Source: Actinomycetes bacterium (GTDB lineage: Bacteria; Actinomycetota; Acidimicrobiia; Acidimicrobiales; JAKAOS01). From it: DNA of 64,000 nt. Of this stretch, positions 1 through 9,652 are shown in pieces; position 1 is the stretch's first letter, and each line of letters opens with the position of its first letter. The translations under genes and the position numbers were made by a program. The stretch covers positions 28,054 to 92,053 of the forward strand of contig JAJYWE010000004.1 in NCBI GenBank assembly GCA_021791675.1, given 5' to 3'. Under the pieces are notes generated by a model that was not told the DNA's origin, ran no database searches, and worked only from the letters and a program-made list of their open reading frames with translations.

Positions 1-789
1 CTGTGGGTGGGCCATCGCCCCGTTGGGCGGTGCGGCGGTGGGCGGTGCGGCGGTGGGTGTCGGTGCCGGGCCGTCGGTGGGGAGGACGAGCGTCCAGCCC
101 GGCCAGATGTCGTTGGGGTCGGTGAGCGCTGCGCCGTCGGGTTGGGGGCGGCCGTCGTTGAGGGCGTAGATCTCCCGCCAGCGCAGCGGGTCGCCGAGTT
201 TGGTGGCGGCGATCCCCCACAGGGTGTCGCCCCGGCGCACGACGTAGAGACGCCCGTTGCTGGTCGTCGCGGCCGATGCCGTGGTCAGCGCAGCGGGGAC
301 ACCGTTGACTGAGGGCGAGGATGTCTGCGCGGCCGGTGGACCAGCGGTCGCCGTGGCGCTGACCGGCGGGTGGGCGGCGCTGAGCAGGACCGCGGATAGC
401 GGCGCCGACGGGCCGGGCGGCCCGGGTCGCAGGCTGAACGAGACCGCGGTGAGGGCAACGGCGGCGACGAGGTGGCCGGCGAAGGGCTGCAGCGCTCCGG
501 CGACTGGTAGGCGCGGGGAGGCGTGGCCACGGACCGCCGCGGCCGCCTCGATGGCCACCGCGGCAGCGAGGATCGCCCAACCGACCCACACCACGCACGC
601 CAGCGCCTTGAGCAGCACGGTGTCGGAGATGGGCGAGGTGAGATCGGCTTGCAGCTGCGCCCAGCCGGGCATGGCATGCGGGAGCGGCCAGCCGATCCCG
701 GCGACGAGGCCGGCGGGGACCCCGACGACGAGGACGGCAAGCACGACGAGGGCGCCGGCGCCGGCGGCGAGGCGGCGGAGGCGGGTCAC
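1..789 (-). CDS. LysM-domain membrane protein, partial (continues past window start)
   Basis: Own minus-strand translation from GTG at 789 (GTGA overlap with the upstream stop at 786-788): VTRLRRLAAGAGALVVLAVLVVG, further hydrophobic segments, then YVVRRGDTLWGIAATKLGDPLRWREIYALN (LysM motif). The frame is open to position 1, so it is absent from the ORF track. Confidence 0.7.
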   Translation of the reverse strand, partial: MTRLRRLAAGAGALVVLAVLVVGVPAGLVAGIGWPLPHAMPGWAQLQADLTSPISDTVLLKALACVVWVGWAILAAAVAIEAAAAVRGHASPRLPVAGALQPFAGHLVAAVALTAVSFSLRPGPPGPSAPLSAVLLSAAHPPVSATATAGPPAAQTSSPSVNGVPAALTTASAATTSNGRLYVVRRGDTLWGIAATKLGDPLRWREIYALNDGRPQPDGAALTDPNDIWPGWTLVLPTDGPAPTPTAAPPTAAPPNGAMAHPQ

Positions 790-1247
790 GGCCCTGCGAC
801 CAGAACGCCGCGCTCCAGTCGGGCTACCCCGGTTCCGGTCACGGTCAGCTGGTTGATCCCGACCAGGTCGAGCAGCTGCATGCGCTGGGTCACCTGCACG
901 GTGACGGTCACCTGGTTGCCGGCGACGCTGACCTGGCCGCTGCTCCCGGCGGCGGCCAGGTAGGCATCGGCGGCGGCTATTGCGGCGGCGGGGTCGACGA
1001 CGACGGTGCCGGTGGCTCGGTAGGTGGTGGTGTCGAGGGCTTGAGCGCCGGCGCGGGCCGCGGCTTGGGCTTCGTCGATGGCTTGGACCTGGGCGGCGAG
1101 GGTGAGGCCGCCGTCGAGGACCAAGCCGGCGAAGGCGAACAGGGCGGCCAGGAAGATGACCACGAACGCGGTGACCTGCCCGGCCTCGTCGTCGCCGCGT
1201 CGCACCCGATTTTCGGGCTCGCGCTCGGAGCAGGGGGAGGGTCTCAC
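786..1247 (-). CDS. TadE/TadG-like pilus assembly protein
   Basis: Track ORF 786..1370 trimmed to GTG at 1247 (GTGA overlap with the stop at 1244). N-terminus DDEAGQVTAFVVIFLAALFAFAGLVLDGG is the TadE/G-type pseudopilin-like helix. Confidence 0.7.
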   Translation of the reverse strand: MRPSPCSEREPENRVRRGDDEAGQVTAFVVIFLAALFAFAGLVLDGGLTLAAQVQAIDEAQAAARAGAQALDTTTYRATGTVVVDPAAAIAAADAYLAAAGSSGQVSVAGNQVTVTVQVTQRMQLLDLVGINQLTVTGTGVARLERGVLVAGP

Positions 1248-1693
1248 TGGGCGGCCCGGTAGACGTCGAGGGGTTCGACGAAGCGGCTGGTGATGGTCTG
1301 GGTTCCCGGTAGGGCCAGCAGGGACAGTCCGGCGAGGCTGGCGGTGCACGAGACGCGCACGGCGACCCACCCGCCGGGGGCGAACGCGGCGGTGTCGGTG
1401 CTCACCGACAGCGGGGCACAGCTCAGGTGGTGGCCGGCGAGGGTGGCGGTGGCGAGTGAGCGTGCGAGGGCGGCGGCGGTGGTCGGGTCGCGGGCCATCG
1501 AGGCGGCCCGGGCTGCTTGGGCGGCGGCGGAGTCGACCTCCAGGCGGGCGCTGGCGAGCCGGCCGAGAGCGACCACGAAGACAAGAACCAAGATGAGCAG
1601 CGGGGTGAGCAGGACCAGCTCGACGGTCGCCCCGCCCCGCTCGTCGGCACGCCAGGGCCAGGCGCGTCGATGACGCTCGTCGGAGGATGTCAT
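1244..1693 (-). CDS. TadE-like protein
   Basis: ERGGATVELVLLTPLLILVLVFVVALGR N-terminal TadE motif; ATGA overlap with the upstream stop at 1690. Confidence 0.75.
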   Translation of the reverse strand: MTSSDERHRRAWPWRADERGGATVELVLLTPLLILVLVFVVALGRLASARLEVDSAAAQAARAASMARDPTTAAALARSLATATLAGHHLSCAPLSVSTDTAAFAPGGWVAVRVSCTASLAGLSLLALPGTQTITSRFVEPLDVYRAAQ

Positions 1694-2187
1694 GGCGTCT
1701 GGCTGGCAGTTCGGAACGCTTCGACGGGGCCGGCCACCGTGGCGTGCACCCCGAGATGCCAGAACGGGATCACCGCTTCGACCTGCGCGGTCACATTCGC
1801 CTGGGCGACCGTGGCGTTGCGGGTGACGGCTACTTGGGGGTGGACGAGCAGGCCGTGGCCGAGCTGGGTGAGCACGCTGGCCGCCTCTGCCTGGCCGGAC
1901 GCCACGCTTCCGCCTTGCAGGCGGGCTGCGGTCATGGCCTGGGTGGCGACGGCTTGGGCGACATGGGCGGCGTGCAGGTAGAGGGCGAACTGGATCACTA
2001 GGACTATGAGCAGCAACAGCAGCGGGGCGGCGATGACCAGCTCGGCGGTCGCCGCCCCCCGCTCGCTCTCACGCCGCCCATGGCGGGCGGTCGTCCCCCG
2101 GTCCCGGGAGTGCCGGCGATCGATGCGCACAGCGGCGTCACAGGGCGGCACGGCGTCACAGGGCGGCACGGTGTCAAAGGGCGGCAC
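1690..2187 (-). CDS. TadE-like protein
   Basis: ERGAATAELVIAAPLLLLLIVLVIQFALYLHA TadE motif. The GTG start lies inside an 18-bp tandem repeat. Confidence 0.7.
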   Translation of the reverse strand: MPPFDTVPPCDAVPPCDAAVRIDRRHSRDRGTTARHGRRESERGAATAELVIAAPLLLLLIVLVIQFALYLHAAHVAQAVATQAMTAARLQGGSVASGQAEAASVLTQLGHGLLVHPQVAVTRNATVAQANVTAQVEAVIPFWHLGVHATVAGPVEAFRTASQTP

Positions 2188-2191
2188 GGTG

Positions 2192-2389
2192 TCAGAGGGT
2201 GATGGAGTGGGCCTTGGCGATGATCAGGGTGACGAGGTAGCCGACGGCTGCCAGGGCGGCGGCGGCGAGCAGCGCGGTGACCAGGATGGTCTCGGTGGTG
2301 TAACCGGCCTCGTCGTGGCGGGCCTCGGCGAGACGGCCACGGATCACGCCGAGCAGGTGGCGGATCACGGCGAATGCTGCGGTGGGCAT
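2192..2389 (-). CDS. Flp-type small pilin-like membrane protein (resembles DUF4244 of actinobacterial Tad loci)
   Basis: Track ORF 2192..2467 trimmed to the internal ATG. The 65-aa product has DEAGYTTETILVTALLAAAALAAVGYLV and sits between tadC and the tadE-like genes, as in the M. tuberculosis Rv3654c-Rv3660c locus. Confidence 0.55.
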   Translation of the reverse strand: MPTAAFAVIRHLLGVIRGRLAEARHDEAGYTTETILVTALLAAAALAAVGYLVTLIIAKAHSITL

Positions 2390-2426
2390 GGTGTTCCTCC
2401 CTTGTGGGTCATAGGGTTTTTGTGGG

Positions 2427-3323
2427 TCACAGGGTTCCGAAGACGTGGGCGAGGGCCGGGAAGGCAAGGAAGACCAAGAAGCCGGCGAAGAGCAGCACCA
2501 CCGGCAGGCTCATGGCCTCGGTGGCGGCCTGGGCTTCGCCTTCGGCGTCGGTGAGGGCGTGGGCGCGCAGGCTGGCGGCTTTGGCGGCGAGGGACTCGCG
2601 GACCTTGGCGCCTTCGCTGCCGGCGAGGGACACCGACGCGGCCAGCTCGGAAAGCTCGGTGATGCCGAGCTCGTCGCCGAGACGGCCGAGCGGCCCCCAG
2701 GGGGCAACCCGGCCCAGGCGGGCGGCGTCGAGGGCTCGTCGGAGGGCGGCGAAGGACTCCCCGGCGCCGACCGCGGCAGCGTCGGACAGGGCGGAGTCGA
2801 CCCCGCCGCCCGCGGCGAGGGCGATGACGACCAGGTCCAAGAAGGCGGACAGGGCGTGGCGGAAGTCGGCTCGGCGGCGGGTGGCCTGGGAGTGCAGGGC
2901 GAGGTCGGGGGCGAAGAACCCGCCGACGGCGAGCAGAATGGCCGCCCAGGCGGGGACCGCCCAGCCAACCTGCGCGCCGTCGAGGGCGAGCAGCCCGGCG
3001 GTGGCGGGCCCGAGGACCAGGCCGATCACCGCCAGCGCCGTCTTCTCGGCCAGGTGGGCTTGGGGGTCGCGGCCGATCACCGCCAGGTCGGCGCGCACAC
3101 CCCCAGGCAGGAGGCGCCGGCCGCCGAGCGGGGCGGCGAGGGGTCGGCCGAGGCGGACCAGCGCGCTGTCGGTGCCGGTGGGGACGACCAGAGGCTGCGG
3201 CGGGGCGACCCGGCGGAGCGCGGCGAGCGAGTCGGCCAGGGACGGCCGGGGCGGGCGCAGCCCGGTGGCCACCGCCAGCAGCCCGGCTCCGAAGCCGGCC
3301 CCCCAGACCAGGGCCACGATCAC
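2427..3323 (-). CDS. tadC: TadC-like (type II secretion system F family) membrane protein
   Basis: Track ORF 2427..3407 trimmed to GTG at 3323 (GTGA overlap with the tadB stop). Polytopic membrane protein with a GspF-like C-terminus: EAMSLPVVLLFAGFLVFLAFPAL. Confidence 0.75.
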   Translation of the reverse strand: MIVALVWGAGFGAGLLAVATGLRPPRPSLADSLAALRRVAPPQPLVVPTGTDSALVRLGRPLAAPLGGRRLLPGGVRADLAVIGRDPQAHLAEKTALAVIGLVLGPATAGLLALDGAQVGWAVPAWAAILLAVGGFFAPDLALHSQATRRRADFRHALSAFLDLVVIALAAGGGVDSALSDAAAVGAGESFAALRRALDAARLGRVAPWGPLGRLGDELGITELSELAASVSLAGSEGAKVRESLAAKAASLRAHALTDAEGEAQAATEAMSLPVVLLFAGFLVFLAFPALAHVFGTL

Positions 3324-4189
3324 GGCGCGTCCCCTGCGCCAGGCGAGTCGACAGGGACGGCAAGCAGCCTTGCGGTCGGTTCGGGCCTGGCCATGCGGGC
3401 CAGCCACCCGAACGCTGCGGTGAAGATGGCGCCGACGCCGGCGAGGACCAGCTGGCCGAGCGCCGAGTCATACGGGGCGAGGTAGCCGCTGTCGAGTAGG
3501 GCGAGCCCGGCGGCCATGGCCAGGGTGGCGCCGATCACGACCCGGACGCTGGTGCGGGTGCGGGCCCGGCCGGCTTGGACCCGGAGGCGCATCCCGGCAT
3601 GCTCCCTGGCCGCGGCAGCCAGCGAGCCGAGCAGCTCGCCGAGGCGCCGCGCCCGGTGCTCCACGGCGAGGAGCAGAGCGGCGACGACCAGATCGGCGGT
3701 GGGGTCGGCCAGCTCGTCGGCGAAGGCCCGTAAGGCGGGGGCCAGACGGTCGTGCTCGGCCCGGGCGGCCAGGTGGGCGACCTCGGCGCGGATCGCAAGC
3801 GGGGCGACCGGGGCGGTGGCGGAGATCGCCTGCTCCAGTCCGGCCGCGCCGGCGAGGGTGTCGCGCAGCATCTCGGTCCAGGTGGCGACCGCCTCGATGC
3901 GCGCCGTCGAGGCCGCCTCGGCACCCCGGCCGGCCCACAGCGCCGGGGTGGCCCAGCCGGCCAGGCCGCCCAGGATGGCGCCGACGGGCCAGCGGGTCAC
4001 CGCCCCGACGACCACAGCCGCGCTCAGCGCACCGGCGAGGCGCGCACCGAGGTGCTCCACCCGCGGCCGCCAACGCCTCGGGGCGGCCACGGTGGCCGCT
4101 GTGTCGGCGTCTGCGCCGCGCAGGCCGGCCGCCACGACCATCAGGCCGAGGCCGACTCCGGCGCCGAGCACGGCGGCGAGGGCGGTCAC
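3320..4189 (-). CDS. tadB: TadB-like membrane protein
   Basis: Track ORF 3320..4573 trimmed to GTG at 4189 (GTGA overlap with the tadA stop at 4186). The upstream part of the ORF is Arg/Pro junk overlapping tadA. Confidence 0.75.
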   Translation of the reverse strand: MTALAAVLGAGVGLGLMVVAAGLRGADADTAATVAAPRRWRPRVEHLGARLAGALSAAVVVGAVTRWPVGAILGGLAGWATPALWAGRGAEAASTARIEAVATWTEMLRDTLAGAAGLEQAISATAPVAPLAIRAEVAHLAARAEHDRLAPALRAFADELADPTADLVVAALLLAVEHRARRLGELLGSLAAAAREHAGMRLRVQAGRARTRTSVRVVIGATLAMAAGLALLDSGYLAPYDSALGQLVLAGVGAIFTAAFGWLARMARPEPTARLLAVPVDSPGAGDAP

Positions 4190-5505
4190 CGATCCCACCA
4201 CCCGCCGGGGCGTTCCAGCAGGCCCGGGTCGAACCCGGCGGCGACGAGCGCCTCGGTGGTCTCCGCCCGCAGCGGGGCGCCGGGGACCGCCCGGTTGTCG
4301 GGGCCGGGGCGGAACACCTCGTTGGAGACGACCATCGGCCCCTCGGCGTCGACGACCTCTCGCACCGAGGTCACCACCCGGCGCCCGGTCGCATCCGCGC
4401 CCAGGTGGACGACGAGGTCGACGGCGGTGGCGACCAGCAGGGCGGTGGCCTCCATGGACAGGTGCTCGGGGGCCTGGATGGCGTACGCGGCGAGCTTGGG
4501 AAACGCCGCCCCCGACGAGGAGGCGTGCAAGGTGGCCATCGACCCGTCGTTGCCCTGGCTCATGGCGTTGCACATCGGCACCACCTCGGCGCCGCGGATC
4601 TCGCCGACGAGCACCCGGTCAGGCGACATGCGCAGCGCCCAGCGGACCAGCTCGGCCTGGGTGATCTCCCCCTCGCCCTCCACGTTCGGCTCCCGGGCCT
4701 CCAAGGCGACCACGTCGGGGTGGGCGTCGACATCGGCGTCCAAGGCGAGCTCGAGGGAGTCCTCGATGGTCACCAGCCGCTCTGCCGGCGCTATCTCGGC
4801 GCACAGGGCGCGAAGCGTGGTGGTCTTGCCCGACCCGGTGCCCCCGACGACCAGGATGTTCTTGCGGGCTCGTACCGCGGCGCCGAGCATCTCGCGCAGT
4901 ACCAGGTCGAGGGTGCCGAGGCCGACCAGGTCGTCGCAGGTGAGCTTGGCGAACCGGTGCCGGCGGATCGACACCGCGGGGCGGCCGGTGACGGCCATCA
5001 CCGCGAACAGCCGGGACCCGTCCGGCAGTTGCAGGGACAGCCGCGGGCAGCCCAGGTCGAAGCGCCGCTCCCCCAACCCGGCGCGGGCGGCGAGGGTGCG
5101 GACCAGGTCGACCAGCTCGGTGTCGGACTCCGCCACCGCGCCGACGCGCTCGCGCTGGCCGTCCGCGTAGCGGACGAAGACCCGGTCCGCGCCGTTGACG
5201 TTGATGTTCTCGATCGAGTCGTCGTCCAGCAGCGGCTGGAGGCCGGCCAGGGCGAACACCGCGTCCATCGCCGCCTTGGCCACCGCCTGCTCCTGTGCCG
5301 GGGAGAGGACCTGGTCGCCTCGGGCGAGGGCGTCGGTGGCGGCCCGGTCGAGCACCTCTGCGATCAGCGCCCGACCGTACGCACGCTGGTCCTCGTCGCC
5401 GAGGCGCGGCCTTCCGGCGTCCTCATCGGCGCGGGCTCTGACGGTGATCGCCTCGGTCACCTCGGCCCGGCAGCGGGCCACCAGCGCCCGCTCGGCCGGT
5501 GTCAT
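4186..5505 (-). CDS. tadA: TadA/CpaF-family secretion ATPase
   Basis: Walker A VVGGTGSGKTTTLRAL, Walker B-like ERLVTIEDSLEL and LVGEIRG motifs, typical of VirB11/CpaF ATPases. Confidence 0.9.
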   Translation of the reverse strand: MTPAERALVARCRAEVTEAITVRARADEDAGRPRLGDEDQRAYGRALIAEVLDRAATDALARGDQVLSPAQEQAVAKAAMDAVFALAGLQPLLDDDSIENINVNGADRVFVRYADGQRERVGAVAESDTELVDLVRTLAARAGLGERRFDLGCPRLSLQLPDGSRLFAVMAVTGRPAVSIRRHRFAKLTCDDLVGLGTLDLVLREMLGAAVRARKNILVVGGTGSGKTTTLRALCAEIAPAERLVTIEDSLELALDADVDAHPDVVALEAREPNVEGEGEITQAELVRWALRMSPDRVLVGEIRGAEVVPMCNAMSQGNDGSMATLHASSSGAAFPKLAAYAIQAPEHLSMEATALLVATAVDLVVHLGADATGRRVVTSVREVVDAEGPMVVSNEVFRPGPDNRAVPGAPLRAETTEALVAAGFDPGLLERPGGWWDR

Positions 5506-6332
5506 CGCCTACCTGCCCGGGCCGGCGCCGAAGCAGCCTCGGTGGCGTGTCTCCTGGTGGCATCAGCGTCGCCGGCATCCTCGCCCGGCCAGCTCGACGG
5601 CTCTCCCGTGCTCGGCGGGGCACCAGCGCTGAGCCGGGCGCAGATCGCTTCGGCGAGGCTGCGCGCTCCGCGCAGCAACGCCAGACGCCCGAGCGCCCGG
5701 GGGTTGGCTGCCCCGCCGGCGAGGAGGGCGGCGCCGCCGGGGTCGTCGGCCAGCACGCCGAGCACCTCGACCTCCAACGCCTCGGCGACCTCGGCGCGCG
5801 GGTAGGCCCCGGCGCCGACCAGCACCACGCCGAGCTGGGCGGCTGCTGGGCGCAGGGCCTCGACCCGGGCGGCGAGGTGGTGCAACTCGGCGAGCACCGG
5901 ACGGGCGCACACGACCAGCAGCTCGCAGCTGGCAACCAGGCCCAGGGTGGCCGAGCGCGGGTCGAGGCGGCCGGCGTCGACGAGCACGTCACCGTCGACG
6001 TCGCAGAGCACGGCGCCGGTGGGTCCGAGCATGCCGAGCGCAGCCTGGGTCTGCTCAGCCGACGCCGGGGCGACCAGCACGGCCAGCCCGCCGGGCAGGT
6101 GCTGGACGTGGCGGGCGGCGAGGGCGCGGGTGGGCTGGTTGCGGGCGGCGGCGGCCAGGGTGAGCAGGCTCGGCTCGGCGGCCAGCCCGTAGCGGGCGGC
6201 GAGGTCCCCGCCGGCCGGGTCGGCCTCCACCAAGGTCACCTGGCGGCCCGCCGGCCACGCCGCGCCGAGCGCCACCGCGGTGGTGGTCACCCCCGGCGAG
6301 GCCTTCACCGAGGCCAGCGCCACCGCGCTCAC
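5502..6332 (-). CDS. ParA/MinD-like protein with degenerate P-loop (Ssd/TadZ-like)
   Basis: Track ORF 5502..6992 trimmed to GTG at 6332 (GTGA overlap with the stop at 6329; ATGA overlap with the tadA start). ASVKASPGVTTTAVALG replaces KGGxGKT, as in Ssd-type proteins of actinobacterial Tad loci. Confidence 0.65.
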   Translation of the reverse strand: MSAVALASVKASPGVTTTAVALGAAWPAGRQVTLVEADPAGGDLAARYGLAAEPSLLTLAAAARNQPTRALAARHVQHLPGGLAVLVAPASAEQTQAALGMLGPTGAVLCDVDGDVLVDAGRLDPRSATLGLVASCELLVVCARPVLAELHHLAARVEALRPAAAQLGVVLVGAGAYPRAEVAEALEVEVLGVLADDPGGAALLAGGAANPRALGRLALLRGARSLAEAICARLSAGAPPSTGEPSSWPGEDAGDADATRRHATEAASAPARAGRR

Positions 6333-7108
6333 GACCCTGCCCCCGACGACCCTGCCCCCGACGACACTGCCCCTGACGACGCTGTCCCCGACATGGGGAC
6401 GACGACCAGGCTGGCCTGGCCGCCGCCCGCGGCGTCGGCCAGGGCGGGGGCGTCGGCGAGGCGCACCTGGAGGCTGACCACGGTGTCGGTGCCCCCGTTG
6501 GCCCCAGGCGCCTGCACGCCGACCACCACCGCCGGGGTCGGCCCGAGCGGAACGATCCCACCCGTCGAGCCGGTCCCGGCACCCGAACCGGCACCTGTGG
6601 CGGTGGCGGGCGCGGTGACGACCAGGACGTGGTCGCCGGCGGCAACATCGGGCGGGAAGCCACCCGGTTTGAGCGCCACCGCCACCTCGGCCTGCCCGGC
6701 CGGCAGAGCCACCGGCGGCCCGAGATCCGCTGGGCTGAGCAGGCTGCCGGCGACAAGCGGCACCGCTGCGGCGCGCCCGACCACGCTGGCCTTCTCGCCT
6801 GCGGGCAGCGTCGCGACCCCCGGCGCGGAGACCTGGACCACGCCCAGGTCGGCGACGGTGATCACCCCGCCGGCGGGCAACGAGGAGCGCAGCTCGAGCA
6901 CCCCGGCGCGCCCACCGACTTGTATCGAGGTGGCGGCGAAACCCAAGGCGCAGCCGACCACCACCACGATCCCGATCCCCACCCGGGGCCACTGGCGGCG
7001 CCGTCTCGCCCCTCCCAGGCGCAACGCCCCATCCGGCCCTCCCGTAGTGGTGGCGGCCGGCGCCTCCTTGGTGCCGTTGGTGGAGGTGGGTGGCGAAAAG
7101 GTGGGCAA
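6329..7108 (-). CDS. CpaB/RcpC-like SAF-domain pilus assembly protein
   Basis: N-terminal RRRRQWPRVGIGIVVVVGCALGF anchor, then a SAF-like segment LPAGGVITVADLGVVQV. TTG at 7108 is preceded by AAAGGAG; the track start at 7258 is an alternative. Confidence 0.6.
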   Translation of the reverse strand: MPTFSPPTSTNGTKEAPAATTTGGPDGALRLGGARRRRQWPRVGIGIVVVVGCALGFAATSIQVGGRAGVLELRSSLPAGGVITVADLGVVQVSAPGVATLPAGEKASVVGRAAAVPLVAGSLLSPADLGPPVALPAGQAEVAVALKPGGFPPDVAAGDHVLVVTAPATATGAGSGAGTGSTGGIVPLGPTPAVVVGVQAPGANGGTDTVVSLQVRLADAPALADAAGGGQASLVVVPMSGTASSGAVSSGAGSSGAGS

Positions 7109-7145
7109 CGCTGGGGCTCCTTTCGATGCACTCGGCCGGATCGGC

Positions 7146-8093
7146 TCAGCCGGCCTGGCCGGGGGTGGTGTTGATCGCCTGCGCCTCGGCCACCGCCACC
7201 GACACCGCCGCCGGCGGCCCCGCGATGCGCCCGAGGCTTCCGCCCCCCGGCGCGCCATGCGCGGACCAGGTGACCTGCCAGTACACAGTGGCGCTGACCG
7301 GGAAGGTCCCCCCGGGCGCCCCGGCCGAGCTTCGGGTCCAGGTGTAGGAGCACGAGGTGCGCTGGGCGGCTGCGGGCGTGCCCGGCTGGTAGGCGGTGCC
7401 CGCCCCGGTACAGGTCACCTGGTGGCCGGCCAGGTCCCAGACCACCTCGGTCGGCGCCGCCCTCACCGTCGCCGACACCGGGCCGGCGCTCGCGCTGGCC
7501 GAGCGGGGCTGCCAGCCGGTCACCCACAGCCAGCTCGCCAGGCCGACCAGCTGGTCGGCGCTGGTCGGGGGGGCCATGTGGATCGACAGCGCCCCCAGCC
7601 CGAGATGCGACACGGCCTGGCGGGCCAACACCACCGGGTTCACCGCCGGCGCGGCCGGGGCGGCGGGCTTTCCGGCAGCCGGCGTCGGCACCCAGATCGG
7701 CGGCATCGGGTTGATCACCCCCGGCCCGGCGCAGATCGGGAACACCCACTGGCCGCCGCCGGGGCCGCCCGGGCCGAGCAAGCTCAACGTGACCGGCGGA
7801 GCCAGCTGGTAGCGGCAGCCGTAGGGGGCGTTCGGGTTCACCGGGCCACCACCGCTGCCACCACCTCCGCTGGTGTGGTCCATCACCGTGGCGGCCTGCC
7901 CGGCCAGCGGGGAGGAGGGCGGCAGCCACGCCTGGTAGCCGGCGCTGACGGTCACACCACCCGAACCGGTGGTAGCCGAGGTGGTGGTGTTCTGTCCCTC
8001 GGTCCCCGACGCCCAGGCAGGACCGGCCCATCCGAGGATGCAAAGGGCTGCGGCGAGCAGAGCAAGGACCGCTTTCAGTATCCCGGTGGGCAT
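7146..8093 (-). CDS. secreted hypothetical protein
   Basis: Signal peptide MPTGILKAVLALLAAALCILGWAGPAWA; Gly/Pro-rich region, then a Trp/Thr-rich beta-type C-terminal half. No family recognised. Confidence 0.55.
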   Translation of the reverse strand: MPTGILKAVLALLAAALCILGWAGPAWASGTEGQNTTTSATTGSGGVTVSAGYQAWLPPSSPLAGQAATVMDHTSGGGGSGGGPVNPNAPYGCRYQLAPPVTLSLLGPGGPGGGQWVFPICAGPGVINPMPPIWVPTPAAGKPAAPAAPAVNPVVLARQAVSHLGLGALSIHMAPPTSADQLVGLASWLWVTGWQPRSASASAGPVSATVRAAPTEVVWDLAGHQVTCTGAGTAYQPGTPAAAQRTSCSYTWTRSSAGAPGGTFPVSATVYWQVTWSAHGAPGGGSLGRIAGPPAAVSVAVAEAQAINTTPGQAG

Positions 8094-8773
8094 GATCCCT
8101 CCGTCACGTGCTGCTGGGCGACCTTCCAGATCCCCGGCGATACCTGTGCAAGCGTCGAGCGGATCCCGACGTGCTCCGGTGGGGTGACCGGGGGGACGGG
8201 CTTACCGGTCTTGGCGTAGATCAGCTCCGAGGCGTCATAGGCGCAGTCCAACACGACGGCCTGGTTGCCGTTGATGGAGGCGACGTGGGGGTGCAGGGTG
8301 ACCGGGCCGCGCCCCACGATGCCCTGTGCTTGGTCGGCGAGGAGGAAGCGGCGCACCGACTGCAGCTGCGCGCCGGTCATGGTCGCCGCCAGCGCGGGCA
8401 GGGCGGCATCTGCGGTGTGCTCGGCGGTCTCGAACGCGGCCTGTTCCGCCCGGTAGGCGGCGAGCACGCCCGCGGCCTGGGCGCTGATGGTGGTGGCGGG
8501 CGTCGCCGTCGTCGCCGCCGTCGTCGTCGAGGGCGCCGTAGACGGCGACGTGGCGGTGCTCGGGTGGCTGCCGCCGCCGCAGCCGGCTAGCGCGACGGCG
8601 AGCGCCCCGACGCCCGCTACCGTCACGGCCGTTCTTGTGGGTGTCGCCCCGCCACAAGCCGGCCCGCTCCGACCTGGGGCCGGCCGACACCGCCTGCGCT
8701 CGCCGGGGCGCTCCGCCCGCTTGACTGCGGTCCGGGCCTTGTCGATCAACACGGTGAACACAGCGTGAGCCAT
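8075..8773 (-). CDS. putative lipoprotein
   Basis: Lipobox ALAVALAGCGGGS followed by a Thr/Ala/Ser-rich linker and a globular C-terminus. Start uncertain (ATG 8773 or 8815). Confidence 0.5.
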   Translation of the reverse strand: MAHAVFTVLIDKARTAVKRAERPGERRRCRPAPGRSGPACGGATPTRTAVTVAGVGALAVALAGCGGGSHPSTATSPSTAPSTTTAATTATPATTISAQAAGVLAAYRAEQAAFETAEHTADAALPALAATMTGAQLQSVRRFLLADQAQGIVGRGPVTLHPHVASINGNQAVVLDCAYDASELIYAKTGKPVPPVTPPEHVGIRSTLAQVSPGIWKVAQQHVTEGSCPPGY

Positions 8774-8902
8774 GCGCCCAGGCTTGCCAACCACCCAGGT
8801 TGCAGCAAGGGGCAACCGCAGTAGCGCTCAGGTGCGACTCAGATCACACAACCCTCCCAGCCCTCGTCCCTCTGCAGCGCTCGGCGCCAGAACCGTTGGT
8901 GG

Positions 8903-9652
8903 TCAGCTGCCGTCCCATCCCTCGGCCCGCAGCGCCTCGGGGTCGACCAGCACGACCCCATGGCGGGTCTGTTCGACCAGGCCGTCGGTGTGCAGCTTTG
9001 CCAGGACCTTCCCGATCGTCTGGCGGACCGAGCCGACGGCGTCGGCCAGCTGCTGGTGGGTGACGGGGGCGAGCAGTTCCCCCGCGTGGCCTCCGGCCTC
9101 GACGTGGTCGGCCTGTTGCTCGGCGGCGAGGTCGAGCAGGTGGCGGGCGACTCGGCTGCGGAGGTCGCCGAAGGTGGCGCCGCGCACCTCGACGATCACC
9201 CGGTAGAGCCGGTCGAGCAGCTGACGGGCCAACGCCAGGGCCAGGGTCGGCTGGGAGGCGGCCACGTCGCGCATCGACGACAGCCCGAAGCGCCACAGAC
9301 GCGTGTCGGTGAACGCCTGGGCCGACACCTGGCTCGGCCCGTCGATGATCCCGGCAACGCCGATCAGCTCTCCGGAGCGTGCGTAGGCGAGGTTGACCTC
9401 CCGGCCCTCGGGGGTGGTGATGAACAGCCGCACCATCCCCGAGACCACCAAAGCCGGTCTCGGCTGGTCGCCGGCGCGGTAGAGGACCCGCCCGGCGGGC
9501 ACCTCGGCGCGCACTGCGTCCAACCTCAGGCGAGCCATCACCGCAGCGGGCAGCGTCGCCAGCTCGCTTGCTTGGAGTGCCGCGTCGAGCGCCAGGTCGA
9601 ACTCGTCGTCGGCGCCAAGCCCGTCCGTGCCGGCGGTGCTCACCGCTGACAA
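8903..9652 (-). CDS. Crp/Fnr-family transcriptional regulator
   Basis: cNMP-binding-like N-terminal domain (GRVLYRAGDQPRPALVVSGMVRLF) and C-terminal HTH (THQQLADAVGSVRQTIGKVLAKL). Confidence 0.85.
   Translation of the reverse strand: MSAVSTAGTDGLGADDEFDLALDAALQASELATLPAAVMARLRLDAVRAEVPAGRVLYRAGDQPRPALVVSGMVRLFITTPEGREVNLAYARSGELIGVAGIIDGPSQVSAQAFTDTRLWRFGLSSMRDVAASQPTLALALARQLLDRLYRVIVEVRGATFGDLRSRVARHLLDLAAEQQADHVEAGGHAGELLAPVTHQQLADAVGSVRQTIGKVLAKLHTDGLVEQTRHGVVLVDPEALRAEGWDGS

Noticed and set aside
5499-8219. 906-aa plus-strand ORF, and similar long ORFs at 2365-3471(-), 2374-3423(+), 2445-3485(+), 3516-4664(+), 3752-5170(+) and 4405-5805(+)
   Set aside because: They are Arg/Pro/Gly/Ala-rich low-complexity translations lying antisense to or out of frame with well-supported Tad genes. 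This is the typical open-frame artefact of very GC-rich DNA.
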